64,000 nt of DNA from Dimorphilus gyrociliatus (taxonomy: Eukaryota; Animalia; Annelida). The position numbers and the translations under genes are program-made. Shown piece by piece: positions 1 to 14,431 of this stretch (position 1 is its first letter; each line of letters opens with the position of its first letter). The DNA lies in contig CAJFCJ010000005.1 of assembly GCA_904063045.1 (NCBI GenBank), positions 3,684,504 to 3,748,503 of the forward strand. Direction: 5' to 3'. The notes under the pieces were generated by a model. The model was not told where the DNA came from and did no database searches. It saw only the letters and a program-made list of their open reading frames with translations.

Positions 1-700
1 GAGAAGGGGAGAAGAAAAAGCAGGCCGTATTGAATTGCTATAATTCTGCTCGAATAGTGTGAAATTAGCGATTTCAATGGTATAGGCCTTGGTTTTTTAC
101 TGTCAAAATTTACTATAATGGTTGTCAAAGTAGTTTTCTCTCTCTGAGCCTTTATCGCTGTCACTATGTCTGTCTATGAGAGTGTGTATGTGTGTATGTC
201 TCTCTCTCTCTCTCTCTCGTTCTGTCTCTGCCCCCCTCCCCCTCCTTTCTTATTGTATATATACAGTATATACAGTATATATATAGACATATAATAAGAC
301 TGGGAAAAGCATAAAGATTTTATCTCGTGATATGAAAGAAAAATAAGATTTATCCATTCATATCAAGGAAAAAAAGTAACTAAAATTAGTAAGGCTATTC
401 CACCCGATTAGTCCGATTGAAAATGTTTTATAAAAAGCTTATACGCCACAAACACGAGTTAGAGGTTTGAATGCGGTTGCTTTATTTGTCTAGACAGAAG
501 GCCTATATATCAGTTTTCATAAGATATGTTATATTTAACAATCTAATGGTAAGTCGTCGTTCCAACCATTGAGGTAGTAGTAAAGGGGGTAGGGGGTAGG
601 AGGAGGATATAATGACCCTACTTTAGAAAATTGTGTATGTTTAGGCCCAATAGATTGAATAAAATTCAAAAGTTATATAGAATAAAAAGTCTCTTCTTAT

Positions 701-780
701 CCGGCCAATCAACGCTTGATTTGAGCATATTAGAACACGTGCCCGACACTCGGTGCTCATTCGCTGCCAAAACTTCAAAC
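701..780 (+). promoter_or_regulatory. Candidate promoter (CCAAT box 705-709, E-box CACGTG 736-741), possibly for TRIM2/3
   Basis: GC-richer island in AT-rich DNA with GGCCAATC and CACGTG; motif matches only. Confidence 0.3.
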
Positions 781-3190
781 TCAGCTGCTTAAACAATAAC
801 AAATGATACAAAAAGTCAAATCGAAATAAGCTGAACTTTTAAAAGAAGAATTCAAGAGAAGAACAAAGGAGAGAGATACATATACATATATACAATATAT
901 ACTATAGAGAGAGAGAGCATTCATCCTCCTCCTTCTACTTCTCCGGGACAGAACTGCAATAATTACTGAATTATAACTATATTTTATACTACATAAAGCT
1001 GCAAAATATAAGAATATACTGCAAAGGAAACTATTTATATATTATCGAAAAGCAAAATTGTATCGTTTCTACAAATTCTTATTATCAAAGTCTCCTAATA
1101 ATAGAGAAAAAGGAAAAAGAAAGACAAGAGGAAAGAGTGAAAGATAGAGAAAAGAAAGACTTAGAATAATAAATAAAATATTATCAGAAATAATAAAAGA
1201 TTTGAAAGAGGAAAAGATAAAATAACTTGAAAAGAAGAGATAAGAAAGCAAAAAAAGATAAGACTACATATATAAAAAAGAAAACTATAAAGTTGATTGA
1301 ATAACAATAATAATAAATAAAATGAGAATTCTCAACCAGAAACAGTGGCGTAGTGCAGTTATTTACAAACATTGGGAAAATATAGAAGAACCTTATATTG
1401 CTTGGTTGGATAATTACGAACAGGTATTATTGATCATTTCTTCGTTAATTGATTTAAAGGAGAGGTTTTAAAGAGTAGGTTTCAAAGGAAGGAAATAGAG
1501 TCTACAATAGTATAAACTCTATAAATATGGTATACAGAAGGGACGACATATATACTGTATATATAAATAGAAAACAAAGTCTTTTATCTTAGTTAAAGTC
1601 TGTAAATAGTTCAACGAGCGGTCACTTAACAAAAGGAGATTTATATAAATCCTTATTAAATTACAATTCCTATATATACAGTATATATATATGGATATAG
1701 ATATTTATACAGTACATAATTTATCCCTTGCTTTTGCTTTTCTTCGTACATCATATTGTAAATATTACGCAATAGACTCGATTCTCTCTTGGAATTTTCA
1801 ATTAGGATATTGCGGCTAATTCCTTTGAAATGATTGTCTCAAGAGTGTCGTGTAAATTTGTTTAGTGTCTGCATTGAAGTTGCCAATATTCAATTGCCAT
1901 ATTTATTTTTCAATGTATATAGGTTAGTAAGTACTATAATGAGTGGTGTGGAGGAGTAATAGAAGGTTAAACGAAAAGAATAGAATAGAATAGAGCAATC
2001 TTTTCGTCCGAATCAATTATTCTTTCACCAATCAGCAATTTCTATAGAATTTTAAATACTCTATTTAGCCCGATTTCTCTTAAGAAACCTAACAACTAGG
2101 TCTATACATTACGGACGGAACTTGGCAAGTTCAATAAGTACTGCTCTATGAATAGTGCACAACAACTAACTCGAGGATTATTTCTATCGACCTGGTCCCT
2201 TTTCGGATAGCGGTAAATAGCTTAGAGGCAAAAAGAAAGGGTAGAGTCAGCCCGCTAAACCCTTTGCACTATCTGTTTTTCTGGTCCGAAAATAGAATAT
2301 AGGTGTACCTTTTACTTTCAATAGGTGAATTATTTCCGAAATCCGAGTCTATAAACACACCAACGACAATATTCATTCTTATAGATTATATTTCAAGTGT
2401 TTTTTCTACAATTATTTGTCATCGGACGCCACTTAGGCTAGCCGATCAGGAAAGGGAAGAACATTGAAAGGGAATATACGTTTAAAATTACTTAGTTTAA
2501 GAGTAGTACCATATGTTTCTATATATACAAAGATTTTTTTGGTTAACTAATATTCTTCCTCATACTCCTCCTATTCCTCCCTGATGCAGGGAGAAGATTT
2601 ACGTAATCATTCTCCAATTTCTAGATTACGAAATTGATAAAAAATATCTGTTTTTCAATTTTTTCCACTTTTTTTTTATTATTATTTACTTAAGCAGTTT
2701 AAAAGAACGATAAGTACACGTCAATACGTCATATATATATATATATATATAAACCATTGTCCTAAGAATGCCTAGATTTTTTTCCTCTATCAAGATCTTT
2801 TTCATTCTATCTTTCTCTTTCGCACGTTATCTCCGTATCTTACCATCGTTATAACATTCTACTCAAATTTGATTAGGTTTTTAATATATATATATATATA
2901 AATATAAATACAATGCACTCGTATTTAGTCATATAAGCTTAGTAGAGTAAACAGATGTTAAAATAAAAAAAAAGAAAGTTAATTTAAATAGGCCAACTGA
3001 ATTGAAATAAAAATACAAAAAATAAAGAGTATGGTGATGAATAACTGGTATTAATAAGTATTAAATCCATTTAAGCACGTACGTTAACCAATGGACTAGT
3101 GTTTATTCCGTTTGACAAAGTAATAGAGTGTAAATATGGAGCATAAATATAATTTCTTAGTAGGAGTAACTCTTCTTCATTCGTTCATTT

Positions 3191-3220
3191 ATTCATTCAT
3201 TCATTCATTCATTCATTCAT
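3191..3220. repeat. (ATTC)n microsatellite
   Basis: Direct reading of the tandem tetranucleotide. Confidence 0.9.
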
Positions 3221-3546
3221 GCATTCACTCTTTCTTTCTTTCATTTTATAGTAGTTTAGCTGTTGGCGTTAGAAATCTTCTTGTAAAATAATTTTGTTTT
3301 CTATTAACCACCACTATCCTTTACCTTCGTCTCCGCCCACCTTTCTATCCGCTTCCTTTCCTTTCTCCCATGACCTTTGGAATTGAATCAAAAAGTCATA
3401 AAAAAATAAAGTTGTTTAGCGATAACAGTTTTTTATGCCATTTTTTATCATTCTTTCTTTCTTTCTTTAGTTCTTCTTCTTCGTCTCCTTTCTCCTCTTT
3501 ACAAAGTAAAGAGAAAGAAATATATTATATAGACAATATATAAATT

Positions 3547-3577
<31 letters not shown>

Positions 3578-4573
3578 TTATAATAATAATGAATAAGAGA
3601 AATAGACCTTTAACCATTATATTCAAACAGCTTAAACAACAAAGTAATAAAAAGAAAAAAAACGAACGGTTCTTCTTTCCCACTCTATAGGCCTATTTTA
3701 CGACTAGACTATTCTTTTTTTTTTATCTGTCTCATTTCCCTTATTCTCTGACATGGTTAACTTTTTTATTTTATTATTATATACTTTATTGACATTTCTT
3801 TTTAATATTTTTTTATTTAATCTTATCTTTCTCTAACTGAAAAAAAAATAATTGAATTATGTTGTGATTTATGGCCTATTCAAATTTATACATAGTCTGG
3901 TTATTACGTAAGCGATAAGATAATACTATAGAATTAAGTGTACTTGGAGAGTGTAAAGAGAGCAGGTTATAGGGTCATTGAAAACAATATTTAAAGTGAT
4001 TTAATACTTACAAATAAAGGAGGGGAAGGGCGAAAGGAGGGGTTGTTTAAATATATGAAGAGAATAGACAAATGCGTATACTGATTGATAGATTGATAGG
4101 AGAGAAATGTACTCGATTGTTTTAGCAAACAGTATAATAATTGAGAAAGACAAGAAAAAGAGAGAAGAAGAAGAAGAAGAAGAAGGGAGAGAAGAAATTG
4201 ATCTAGATCGAGTACATGCAAATATTAAGAAAAAATCGAACGGCTTTCAACCTTTTAATCCACCTTTTTGTAAATATATTTGAATTGAAACCGGATAGAC
4301 TCGTTGTTTTTTCGTATTAAAAGACTAAGAAAGAGTGAGAGAGAGAGAGAGAGAGAGAAAGATGATTTTTTTCACCATTATTATTTAACAATTCAACTAT
4401 TGACATATTTTTCTGCATCACAAGCCATACACTAAAGTTTATACATCTTTAAGATTTACTAGAAAATGATAGTAAATAGAATGAAATAGATAATATGAAA
4501 GGAAGAAAGAGAAAATACAATAATAATAATAATAACGATAGTAATAATGATAATGTTCTTTTTTTTTCAATAG

Positions 4574-7226
4574 CTTTCATTCTCTTCAAACGAAGTAAAC
4601 AATATTGAAAGTGACGACGATATGATTTCGTCTGCTGAATCTGAACCTCCGAGACTTTTGTCTTGCGGAATTTGCTGGAAAACCTATTCTCAGCCAAAAG
4701 TATATATATATGATTTTTGTTGCCAAATATAGTATAATACCTTCTGTATATATATAAACTATTTATACCTTTCATAACTATAATTACACTATATCTCAAA
4801 TTTAATCTCTACCTAGATTCTACCCTGCTTACACACGTTCTGCTCGAATTGTTTAATGGAATACCTTCCAGCCGAATCTTTAGGTATTACTTGTCCAGTT
4901 TGCCGACATCAATCTATTCTACCGCAAAATGGTATTGAAGGCCTACCGAATAATAATACGCTGATAAATCTTTTATCCGGTTCTATAAATGATGATCAAA
5001 TATTTTGCCCATCTCATCCAAAGAATTGCATTGAATTATACTGCAATGAATGCGAAACAGCAATATGTTACGAGTGTACTTCGGCCGAACACGATCAACA
5101 CGAATTCGATACTATTGCCGATGCGGTAAATGATCAGAAAAAAGAGATGGTGACCTTGGTCAAGGAGGCTAAGCAAAGAGTTCCCGAGATTATGCAAGCA
5201 CTTAAAACTATCAAGAAGGTCAAGGACGAACTTGTTGAAAATCATACAACTGCCAAAAGGAGCGCATTAGCCACTTTCGATCTGATTTTAAATAGGCTCC
5301 GACAAAGGAGAGACTTAGTTTTGGAGGATATTAAAGAGACTTTTCTTAATAAGGAAAAGGCTTTAGATTGTCAAAGGTTGGCGCTAGAGTCGACGCTAAA
5401 ATCTGTTGAGCAATGTTCTCTTCTAACTGAAAATGCTATTCGATCAAATAAGGCACACGCCCTCCTTCTTGTTAAGAAGGAGGTATCGCCCGAAATCGTA
5501 AGCCTTTGCCGTTCACCCCTACGTTGTTGTCCGGAAGAGAATGCGTCGTTGGAATTTGTAGCGCCTCAATTGAACGGTCTAAACGAAACTCTGGAGTCGT
5601 GCGGAGAAGTTCGAACGACAACTGCCGTCGCTAGCGAATCCATTGCGGCCGGTTGCGGTCTAAGGAAATGTTGCGTATCCAAACCAACAGTTGTGACAGT
5701 AACTACAAAAGATAAGCAAGGTCGAAGAGTTCAAAGGGGCGGAGCCGAACTAAAGGCCACCCTAACCGAAAAGCAAACAGGCTTAGAGCGGAAATTGCCT
5801 ATATCGGACCTTGGAGACGGAACTTACGAGATTGAATACGAAACTTCCATCCCAGGCCCTCACGTTCTTGACGTGACTCTATACGGTGATAGGTTGGCTG
5901 GTATGCCGACAATCGTCAGCTCTTATCAGCAAATAAATGAACGAGCGTCTTCCATGTCGAGAATACCTAGAACTGCTACTGCTCCCGTTAAGCAAAGAGG
6001 AGTGAAGCGACCGTCTAGTAGATCTGTTAGTATGATCCATAGAAGATCAGATTCGAATTTATACGATGACGATTTAAAATTCTCTATTGGCAATAAGGGA
6101 AAGAATAGAGGAGAATTCGTGAATCCCCAAGGCGTTTCCTCAACTCCTTCCGGTAGAATCCTGGTAGCTGATAGTAACAACCAATGCATACAAAGTTTCG
6201 GAATAGGGGGAGAATTCAAGTCAAGATTTCAATGTTCTAAGGACAGAATTCAAAGAGGTAGGCCAACTGGGATTGTAGTAGGTTTTGACGGTAATTACCT
6301 GGTTTCGGATTACGAAAATCGTTGGGTGGCCTGTTTCTCACCTACTGGGAATCTAGTGAAGAAGATTGGCGCTAATAAACTACTCGGTCCCAAGGGGGTT
6401 TGCGTGACTAAAGCTGGGAATATAGCCGTCGTTGATAATAGGGCCTGTTCTATTTTGATATTCTCGTCAAAAGGAAAATTGTTGTATCAATGGGGTAACA
6501 GGGGCAACGCTGAACACCAATTAGCCGGGCCTCATTTTATTGCGTGTACAAATGACGACCTCCTAGTCATATCTGACTTTCATAACCACTGCGTAAAAGT
6601 ATTTGAGCAAGATGGGACATTTCGTTTCGCTTTCGGTTCAAATGGCGAAGGTAATGGTCAATTTAACGCCCCAACTGGATTGGCTATAGACGGTAAAGGA
6701 AATATCTTGGTAGCTGATTGGGGAAATTCTCGAATTCAGGTATTAATTTCATCTCTATTATATAGTATTAATAAGTTATACTATGTATACAGTATATATA
6801 GTGTAGTCAGTATATAATTCAATATTAGTATATTATCATTAAGTTTGGCCACTATGTATATATATTTAAAAAAAGAGAAAGACATCAAATGGTAGAATAG
6901 CAGTCGACAAAGAATAGATTTGTCCTCGACCCGTTATCAGATTCGATCTTGTCTATTGTCGAATTATTTAAGAACTATTTCTATTTATAAATAAACATAC
7001 AGTATATATACAGTATATATATACTTTTCTACTATGATTACCTATTCTTATATTGTATCATTTTCTCATACAGATTTTCGACTCCCAAGGCTCTTTCCTC
7101 TCCTATATAAACACTTCTTCGGACCCTCTCTACGGTCCTCAAGGACTATGCATGACCTCCGATGGTCTCGTCGCCGTTGCTGATTCTGGTAATCACTGCG
7201 TAAAAGTCTACAGATATTTACAATAA
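4574..7226 (+). CDS. TRIM2: TRIM2/TRIM3-like E3 ligase (RING, B-box, coiled coil, filamin repeat, NHL repeats); exons ~4574(ATG 4622)-4699, 4817-6739, 7074-7226
   Basis: Spliced RING CGIC..K|[16 protein letters not shown] (GT 4700, AG 4816), B-box CPSH..CNEC..CYEC..H..H, NHL repeats, and last exon [24 protein letters not shown]...[16 protein letters not shown], nearly identical to the vertebrate TRIM2/3 C-terminus. The 5' end is uncertain. Confidence 0.93.
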
Positions 7227-9777
7227 GATGAAAGATGCAAGAATTGAAAGAGATATTAAATATGGAAATTAATAATCACTCCCAAGAACCTCTTTTTTTT
7301 TTTTTTATTCTTCTTTTCTTCGTTCTATCCGTTATCCGTTCCCTTTTTTATTTAGTAGAGAAAGAGAGAGAGAGAGAGAAAGAAACGGAAAGAAAGAAGA
7401 GAAAAGAAACACATATACACTTATGCCAGGTGCACATACACAATTCTTAATTATGTTATATTTCGTTTTCTTCCCTTTCTTTTTTTATTACTTCCTTCCT
7501 TCCTTCCTGCTGTTCTTCCTTCCAATTTTCTTCTCTATCTCTTTCGAATAGAAGAAAATTGTTCCCATTATGAGTGAGATGCAATGTACAGTGTGATTTA
7601 ATTAAACAATTTATGAATATATTTTATCTAATTATTTTACAACATCACATCCGCCTGTCCATCAAAATTCAATTGACTAGAAGAGATTTTGAGATTTTTA
7701 ACCCTATTATTTTAACAGAAAAGGGGATGAATGACTGCAATTTGAAGGTTTTTGACTTTTTATGAAAAGAAGAGGGGGGGAGGGAAAAAGAAAAAAAAAA
7801 GAAAAGCAAGGTATTCCTTCTTTTCATTGAACTTTGATATAGAACAGATAGAAGTGAAGTTGTAAAATATGAATCAATCATGCATAGTATATCGAATGTC
7901 TTGTATCTAGTCAAAAAGAAAAAAGTTTCGTACCCGGTTTTCTTTTTGTGTTTTTTCTTTTTTTTTTGGCTTTACGGAAACAAATGTATTAATTAATTAA
8001 TTAATTATATATATATATATGTATATGGAAATCAATAAATCAATATATCTATATATGTATATAGAAAAAGAATTAACCAAAAATAAAGAAGGAATAATAA
8101 TGAATAAATTAACATAAATAAGGAAAGATAAGGAATCACTTAAAAGTTTTTTTTTCTATTTGTTTATTTGTTTGTTTGTTTGTTTATTTTTAATTGTAAT
8201 TTTATTCTGGTTCTTATTTTTTCTCATAAATTTATTCTTTATGATAGAAAATTTTCATAATTAATTAACTAATTAATTAATAAAGTCTTTTAAAGAAGAG
8301 AAATAAAAGAAAGTCTATAGTTTAGTTAGTCTATATAGTTTTTATATATAAAGATGATATATAAGGTGTTATTATATTAGATATGATGCTCAGTAATATT
8401 TACTCGAGTTATTCAATATTGTATAATCACGAGCTAGCTTTTTTTATTGAATAAGTAATACATACATTGAAAAAAATTTGAGAAGACGACTTACTTGAAT
8501 GTATAATTTATAAATATATTTATATGATTTCATTGAAATCTGTCTACTTTACTTGTGCAAGTTTCTTTTTCAATTTTTTATGTTCTTTCCTTATTCGCCT
8601 ATTTCTTTATTTCTCTCTGTCAATTGTTATTCTAACAATTGAAATTTTCAAATAAGTTACCATTGTTGAATTTTCAACAAAGAAGAAAAAGATGCAAATA
8701 TATAGTTGAAGAAAGAAAGAAAAAAGAGCAAATGCTGTATATACTGTATATAATTTATATATATATATTTATTAGAATATATAGTATATCCATATAGGCT
8801 TTGAGTTTTCTTTTTTTCTCTCTTTCTCCCTTTTTTTTTATTGTTCAATGACCCATTTATTCTTATTTGTCTCACTTTTTTTATTGCTTGTGAATTCATT
8901 GAGAATTATTCTTATCGAGAAATGAAATAAAGAAAGAGAATTAGAAAGAAAGGTAATAAAAATGAGGGCTAAATAACTATTTCATTTTTATTATCTTCTA
9001 TGTAATTTTGTTTACATAAGCCTAAATTTCTTTTGTTTACATAGGCCTAAATTAGGCAAAATAGAGAAAAATTGATAAAAGACAAGATAAGTAAGTTAAA
9101 AGGTATGTTTTATTAGTTTCAATAAAAGAATAAAAACGCTAAGAGGTGATGGGAAAGAGAGGGTAAAGGAGAGGAGTCTCGAATAGAGAAGAGGAGAGGA
9201 GAAAAAGCAAAAAAAGAGTATATTTAATCAACTGTAGATTTTTAAAAGTCTTTAACGTTTATAATAGAATAATATCAAGAGGGAAGAAACAATAGAAAAG
9301 ACCTCCATTTGCATAACCTACTTTGTATAAAGAAGAATGAATTCTTAGGACTAAATGATTCATGATCGTATTTCAGTCTTTCTAATTAAATATAGGCTAA
9401 AAATTGTATCAAATTAATTCAACTTAATCCTTTTTTCTACAAGTGGGCGTGTATTATTATATATAATCAAAAATTTCTATCGGAAATATACTTTTTTTTT
9501 AATTTTTTCGAATAATATAGTAATAAGAATAATAAAGGATTTGGTGTTAAATTACAAAAGAGAGAGAGGGGGGGGAGAGAAAGCAGGGGCGGAACAAAAA
9601 AGTTGACAGGGAGGTAGGTAGGTAGGGAGGTAGGTAGACTGGGAGAGAGAATTTTAATAAAACTTTACTGTATATATATATATATATATACTGTATATAC
9701 AGCATATAAATTTATCTACGAATATAGTTATGAGATTGGAGGTCAATTTTAAAAAGTTATTACTGTTATCTTATACA

Positions 9778-9812
<35 letters not shown>

Positions 9813-10098
9813 TATAAAATTTATACAGTATGTACATATAGTTTCTAAATATAAATTAATAATAGATATGCTTGTTATTTATTACTTTTTTTTTGTTTTA
9901 TCCTTATCTACTTTGTTAATTCTTGCATAATGCTTAGTCCACATGCATGCACTTTTCCCCTATCTCTCTCTCTCTCTCTCTTCCCGTCCCTCCCACGTCC
10001 TCTCTCTTATTAATTTATTCTATATATTAACCATATCAATTTCAGTTGTGTTTGATAAAATATCAAGTGAAAAAGTTTATTTACAACTGTATTAAAAA

Positions 10099-10128
10099 TT
10101 CGATAGACAGCGGCGCCATCTATCGATA
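10099..10128. promoter_or_regulatory. GC-rich palindromic element with a CTCF/YY1-like core and a DRE
   Basis: TCGATAGA-CAGCGGCGCCA-TCTATCGA inverted repeat; minus strand reads TAGATGGCGC; TATCGATA at 10121-10128. Confidence 0.4.
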
Positions 10129-10325
10129 ACATTTTGGACATCCTTATTAAATTACGATTAGTTAAATATTTGAGTTAAGTGATAAATTGAATAACGATAT
10201 CAATAGAAAAATAATAATTAAAGATATTGATAAGGATAATACGTGTAGTTTTAATCTAATAGATATAACAATTGAAAAGAAGCATACGCAATGAACAAGA
10301 GACCATGAGGAAACAGAAGTCGGGC

Positions 10326-10332
10326 GAGAGAA

Positions 10333-10379
<47 letters not shown>
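10326..10379. repeat. (AG)n microsatellite; one of many AG/AT repeats in the window
   Basis: Direct reading. Confidence 0.95.
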
Positions 10380-10387
<8 letters not shown>

Positions 10388-10773
10388 TAGACAGAACGAA
10401 CGATAGGATTGATGTTTTATACACAAGTATATACAAGCGACTTTATTTTACTTCTCGGGCTTATTTATCAGTGAAATGGGAACAATTTACCAAATAAAAT
10501 ATAAATACATGCTATGAAAAGAGAATGAGGGCTACAAGCAGAAAAGAAGAAAGATAGAGCAAAAGCTGGATATACAGAGAGCGAAAGAGAAAGAGAATGG
10601 AGGAGATCGAGAAAAGAAAGCAAGAACAGATTGTGATTAAAAGATGTAAATAATAATATTAAAAGAATACTTAAGATGATATTTTGTTATTCTAAGTCAT
10701 GTTAGCTCGACGTACATCAAAACTATGCGGATCATTAGTTTGTTGTAACGAAAATTTAGGCTTAATAATAGGA

Positions 10774-13700
10774 TTACGGTTGCCAAAAGACGTAAGTAAT
10801 CCAGTAGACGAGATTAAACGTAAAATATGCAAGAGGAAAACCAGCACGAGCCCCTTTGTCAACTTTCTTCGCTTTCTCTTTACCTTTAGGATCTCTAACG
10901 AAGAACGATATCATCTTGCCAGAACTCTTTAGTTCCTCCTCTTTTTGACAAACTTGCTATAACAGATAAAAATAGGTTAAACGCGTTGAAATAACCTTAA
11001 TAATTGAGTATTACATCGTTACGCATTTTGTCCCGAAGACTAGACTTCCGTCTGATTTCATTTCTAGAAAGGACATTGACAATAGCAAATTCTAAGAGTG
11101 CGGCAAATACGAAAACCAAGCAGGTAGCCATCCAAATATCAATGGCTTTTATATAAGAAACCCTGGGAAGTGATTGACGAGATGAAGACGCTTGGGTAGT
11201 CATTGTTAGTATTGTCAAAACGCCCAAAGATATTCTAGCCGGTACAGCGTCCTGACTTATCCAAAAAGATACCCACCTACATTTGAATAATAGTTCATAA
11301 TTGATGAAATATTGTAAATACATATATATGTATATATCTTCTTATACACATATATATATATATATATATATATAAGAAATAACTTACGATAATCCAACAA
11401 TCAATGCCGTAGGTATATAGGTTTGAATCATATAAAAACCAATATTCCTCCTCAAATATAAAGTGATGTTTAAACAAGAGAAATTACCTAGAGAGAAGTC
11501 AAGTTAATTGGTATTTTATGTAATTAAACGGGCGTCTATTATTTATGAATATACATAAAAGTAATAAAAGATTTACCTACCAGTTATATATCTCCTTGTG
11601 CAAGTTGATAATTTATAATCAGTTAATTCGAATTGAGGTAATTCTAATTCTTCATTAATCTCTATAGGATCTGGATTATTCCATTCAAATAATAAAGTAT
11701 CCGTTGTATGCGCGTCTAAATTATGAATAGGATAAATATGACATAGTTATTATTTTATATGCAATTATTTTTATACAATAACAGTAAAAATAAACATTTA
11801 CTGTTTCTTTCTTTTGGTTCATTATCTTTATTTTTTTTCTTATATAGGCCTATCACTTATGTTAACCATCTCTAAAGTTCTTTTCTTGTATTTTTACGTA
11901 TAAAGTTTCTATTAGATGGAAAGAGGCTATTTAACAGTTGAAAATTAAAATAAATGAGTCATAAAATTGTCTGGAAACGTCTCGTTATCATTCTGTTACT
12001 TCAACAAAGAATAAGAATTGACTATAGTTAATCTTAATACTTTAAGAGATTATCTCATTTCCATAGTAGTTTTATATGTGCAAGTGTGTTGTGTAAATAC
12101 GTTTTATTTCCTTATTACAGTCTTCCTTTCAAGTGTACACGCACCCTTTCTTTATGCCTTTTTTCTCTACCTTCCGGTCTGTCTATCTTTCTCTCGCTCT
12201 ATCTGTCTCTCTCTTTTCCACTCTCCCTTATCAGCCAAAAAAAGAAGCGTTTACAAGTGGCGTCTCTCTCCCTCAATAATTTATACGTTTATTTATACCT
12301 GTGAGCGTGTGTTTCTTTCCGGCCAAAGCAACAAAATAAAAGCTACTTACAACTCTCCATCTGTAACGTGCATTGTTGTTCATCTAAAGGGAATTTTTCA
12401 AGTCGCATTGGACAAGATAACCTAAGCGATATCCTACACAAAAGAGAAAGATAAATAGATAATGATAAACGGAAAGAATGAGGAGATTATCCTTCTATAA
12501 TATTGCTATCTTTATTTTGGTCTTTGTGCTTGTTTTTTAAAAAAAAAATATTTACCTGGAACTGTAATAAATACTACCATTTTCATAAATTCTTAGAAAT
12601 CTATTTGGTACAGTAACATCGTGGAACTCCGCCTTTTTTTCATTTCGAAAGAATAAATCTGGTACCCATATACGATCGACCATCTTCGTATCGAGACTTA
12701 TCTAAGTACAGCAGATATTTATTGTTTTTTACATATTAAACCCCGTAGTTTTTGAATAATATCTTATATTTCAATAGGCCTATAGTATTTTTTATATAAA
12801 TATTTTACAGATTGTATATTTTTAAAAATGGTAGGGGAAAAGGGAATTAATGTATTTCTTCCAGTGGATTCCTTATTTACAATAAATTGTTTGGCATTTA
12901 CTTTACTGATTTAGAGCTATAATGAATCAAAGTAGAACTTACTACACTGAGGTTACTAAAATGTCTATGGCTTAGACGCGTATCCTCCCATCGTTGCCTG
13001 AGGAAGACGCTGATGATAAAGTCCATAGTCTGTTCCGAAATGCTATCTACGCTACTGATGTGCATGTCAATAGCCACCTTGGTAACTTTGTCTGTATTTT
13101 CACGATAGGAAAATTTTAAATCCTTTCCGTTAAGCGTAACCGGACGAAAGGGAATCGGGACTGGCAAAGGGGGAGGAGGGAGGAAAAGGTTGGGATAAGA
13201 GGATGAAAGAACCTACTGTTACTTTCACTTAAAATACATTAATAAGCTATTTAAAAAGCTATATCTAATTTAAGCGAAATTTATAGATGTGTAGATAGAG
13301 GGAGATTTCAAAAGAGCACAGAGGAGAGAAACAGAAAGAGAGAGAGAGGGTGGAGAGAAAGAAGAAACTAAGGAAAGACAGAGGAAGAAGATAGCAGAAG
13401 TAGTTAGGAATCGGAGGAAAAAGAGGATCAAGAATTAGTTGTTTTCAATTAGCTAAAAGCACATAGGAGAAGGGTTATATATACTCCTATTGTTTCTAAT
13501 TTATTTATCTCCATATATAGTTCTAAAATGTTGAATTATAGGGAAACAAAACATCTACACCGATAAAAGAAGGAAAGAGGCAAAACAATAGTAAACTATA
13601 AAAGATAACAAGAAAATATAAAAAATTATTAACCAGTGTTGAAGTTTGGCGGAACTCTCGAATCATAATTTTCCATCAATTTTTCCAATAAGTATCTATA

Positions 13701-14431
13701 AAAAAGGGGAAAAAATAATCAAAAACTACAAAATTGAAAGAAAATACATTGATTTAACACTACGTTTACGTATTAATAAATATATACTGTGTTTAATAAA
13801 CATTTATTATATGGAAGAAGAGAAAGAAAACGGGATGAGAGAGAGAGAGAGAGGGAGAGAAAGAGAGACAATAAGACACAGACAGAACAGACACATAGGC
13901 AGACATTGTGGGAGGGAGAGAGATTGATAGACAGACAAACAGAGGTAGTCAGAGAATGAAAAAAAATAAAAGGTAAGAAATGGTTAAGTTTTGAAAAAGG
14001 ACACTTTCCAATCTTTTGTAACAGATTTCACTATAAAATTTTAAAATCATATGATTGCTTTATGAAAATTAACCAAAATAATTTGATTTCTATCAAAACA
14101 GCCTCTTTTAAATTATCTACATTAATAGCAAACTATGTTTACACGTTTGTATTAACTTATATACAGTATATATAAATTATATATATATATATATCTAAAT
14201 GGGTCTGCCTATACGCTTATACATATATATATACAGTATATGCTTTATGTACTACATGTATACATACTGTATGTACTGTATATCATATAATATACAGATT
14301 TGTGACAATATATAGAAACATTCAATAATGATCAATTCTCCTCCTACAAACCTTGCGTCTTGGCAAAAAACTACTCCAAATCTTATACTACTTATCAATA
14401 AGCACGATAGAGCAAAGTCTAAATGTCTCAT
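10774..14431 (-). CDS. Cys-loop ligand-gated chloride channel subunit 1 (glycine receptor alpha-like), about 9 coding exons
   Basis: Signal exon [27 protein letters not shown] (ATG 14431), [27 protein letters not shown], Cys loop [15 protein letters not shown], loop [14 protein letters not shown]2 [18 protein letters not shown]4 [16 protein letters not shown]; all exons join with GT-AG in consistent phase. Confidence 0.93.

Noticed and set aside
1069-4799. Short ORFs rich in F/L/S/I or K/R/E here and in 7235-10436, 13646-15441, 57672-59084
   Set aside because: They are translations of AG/AT/poly-T microsatellites and low-complexity DNA, with no domain or splice logic.
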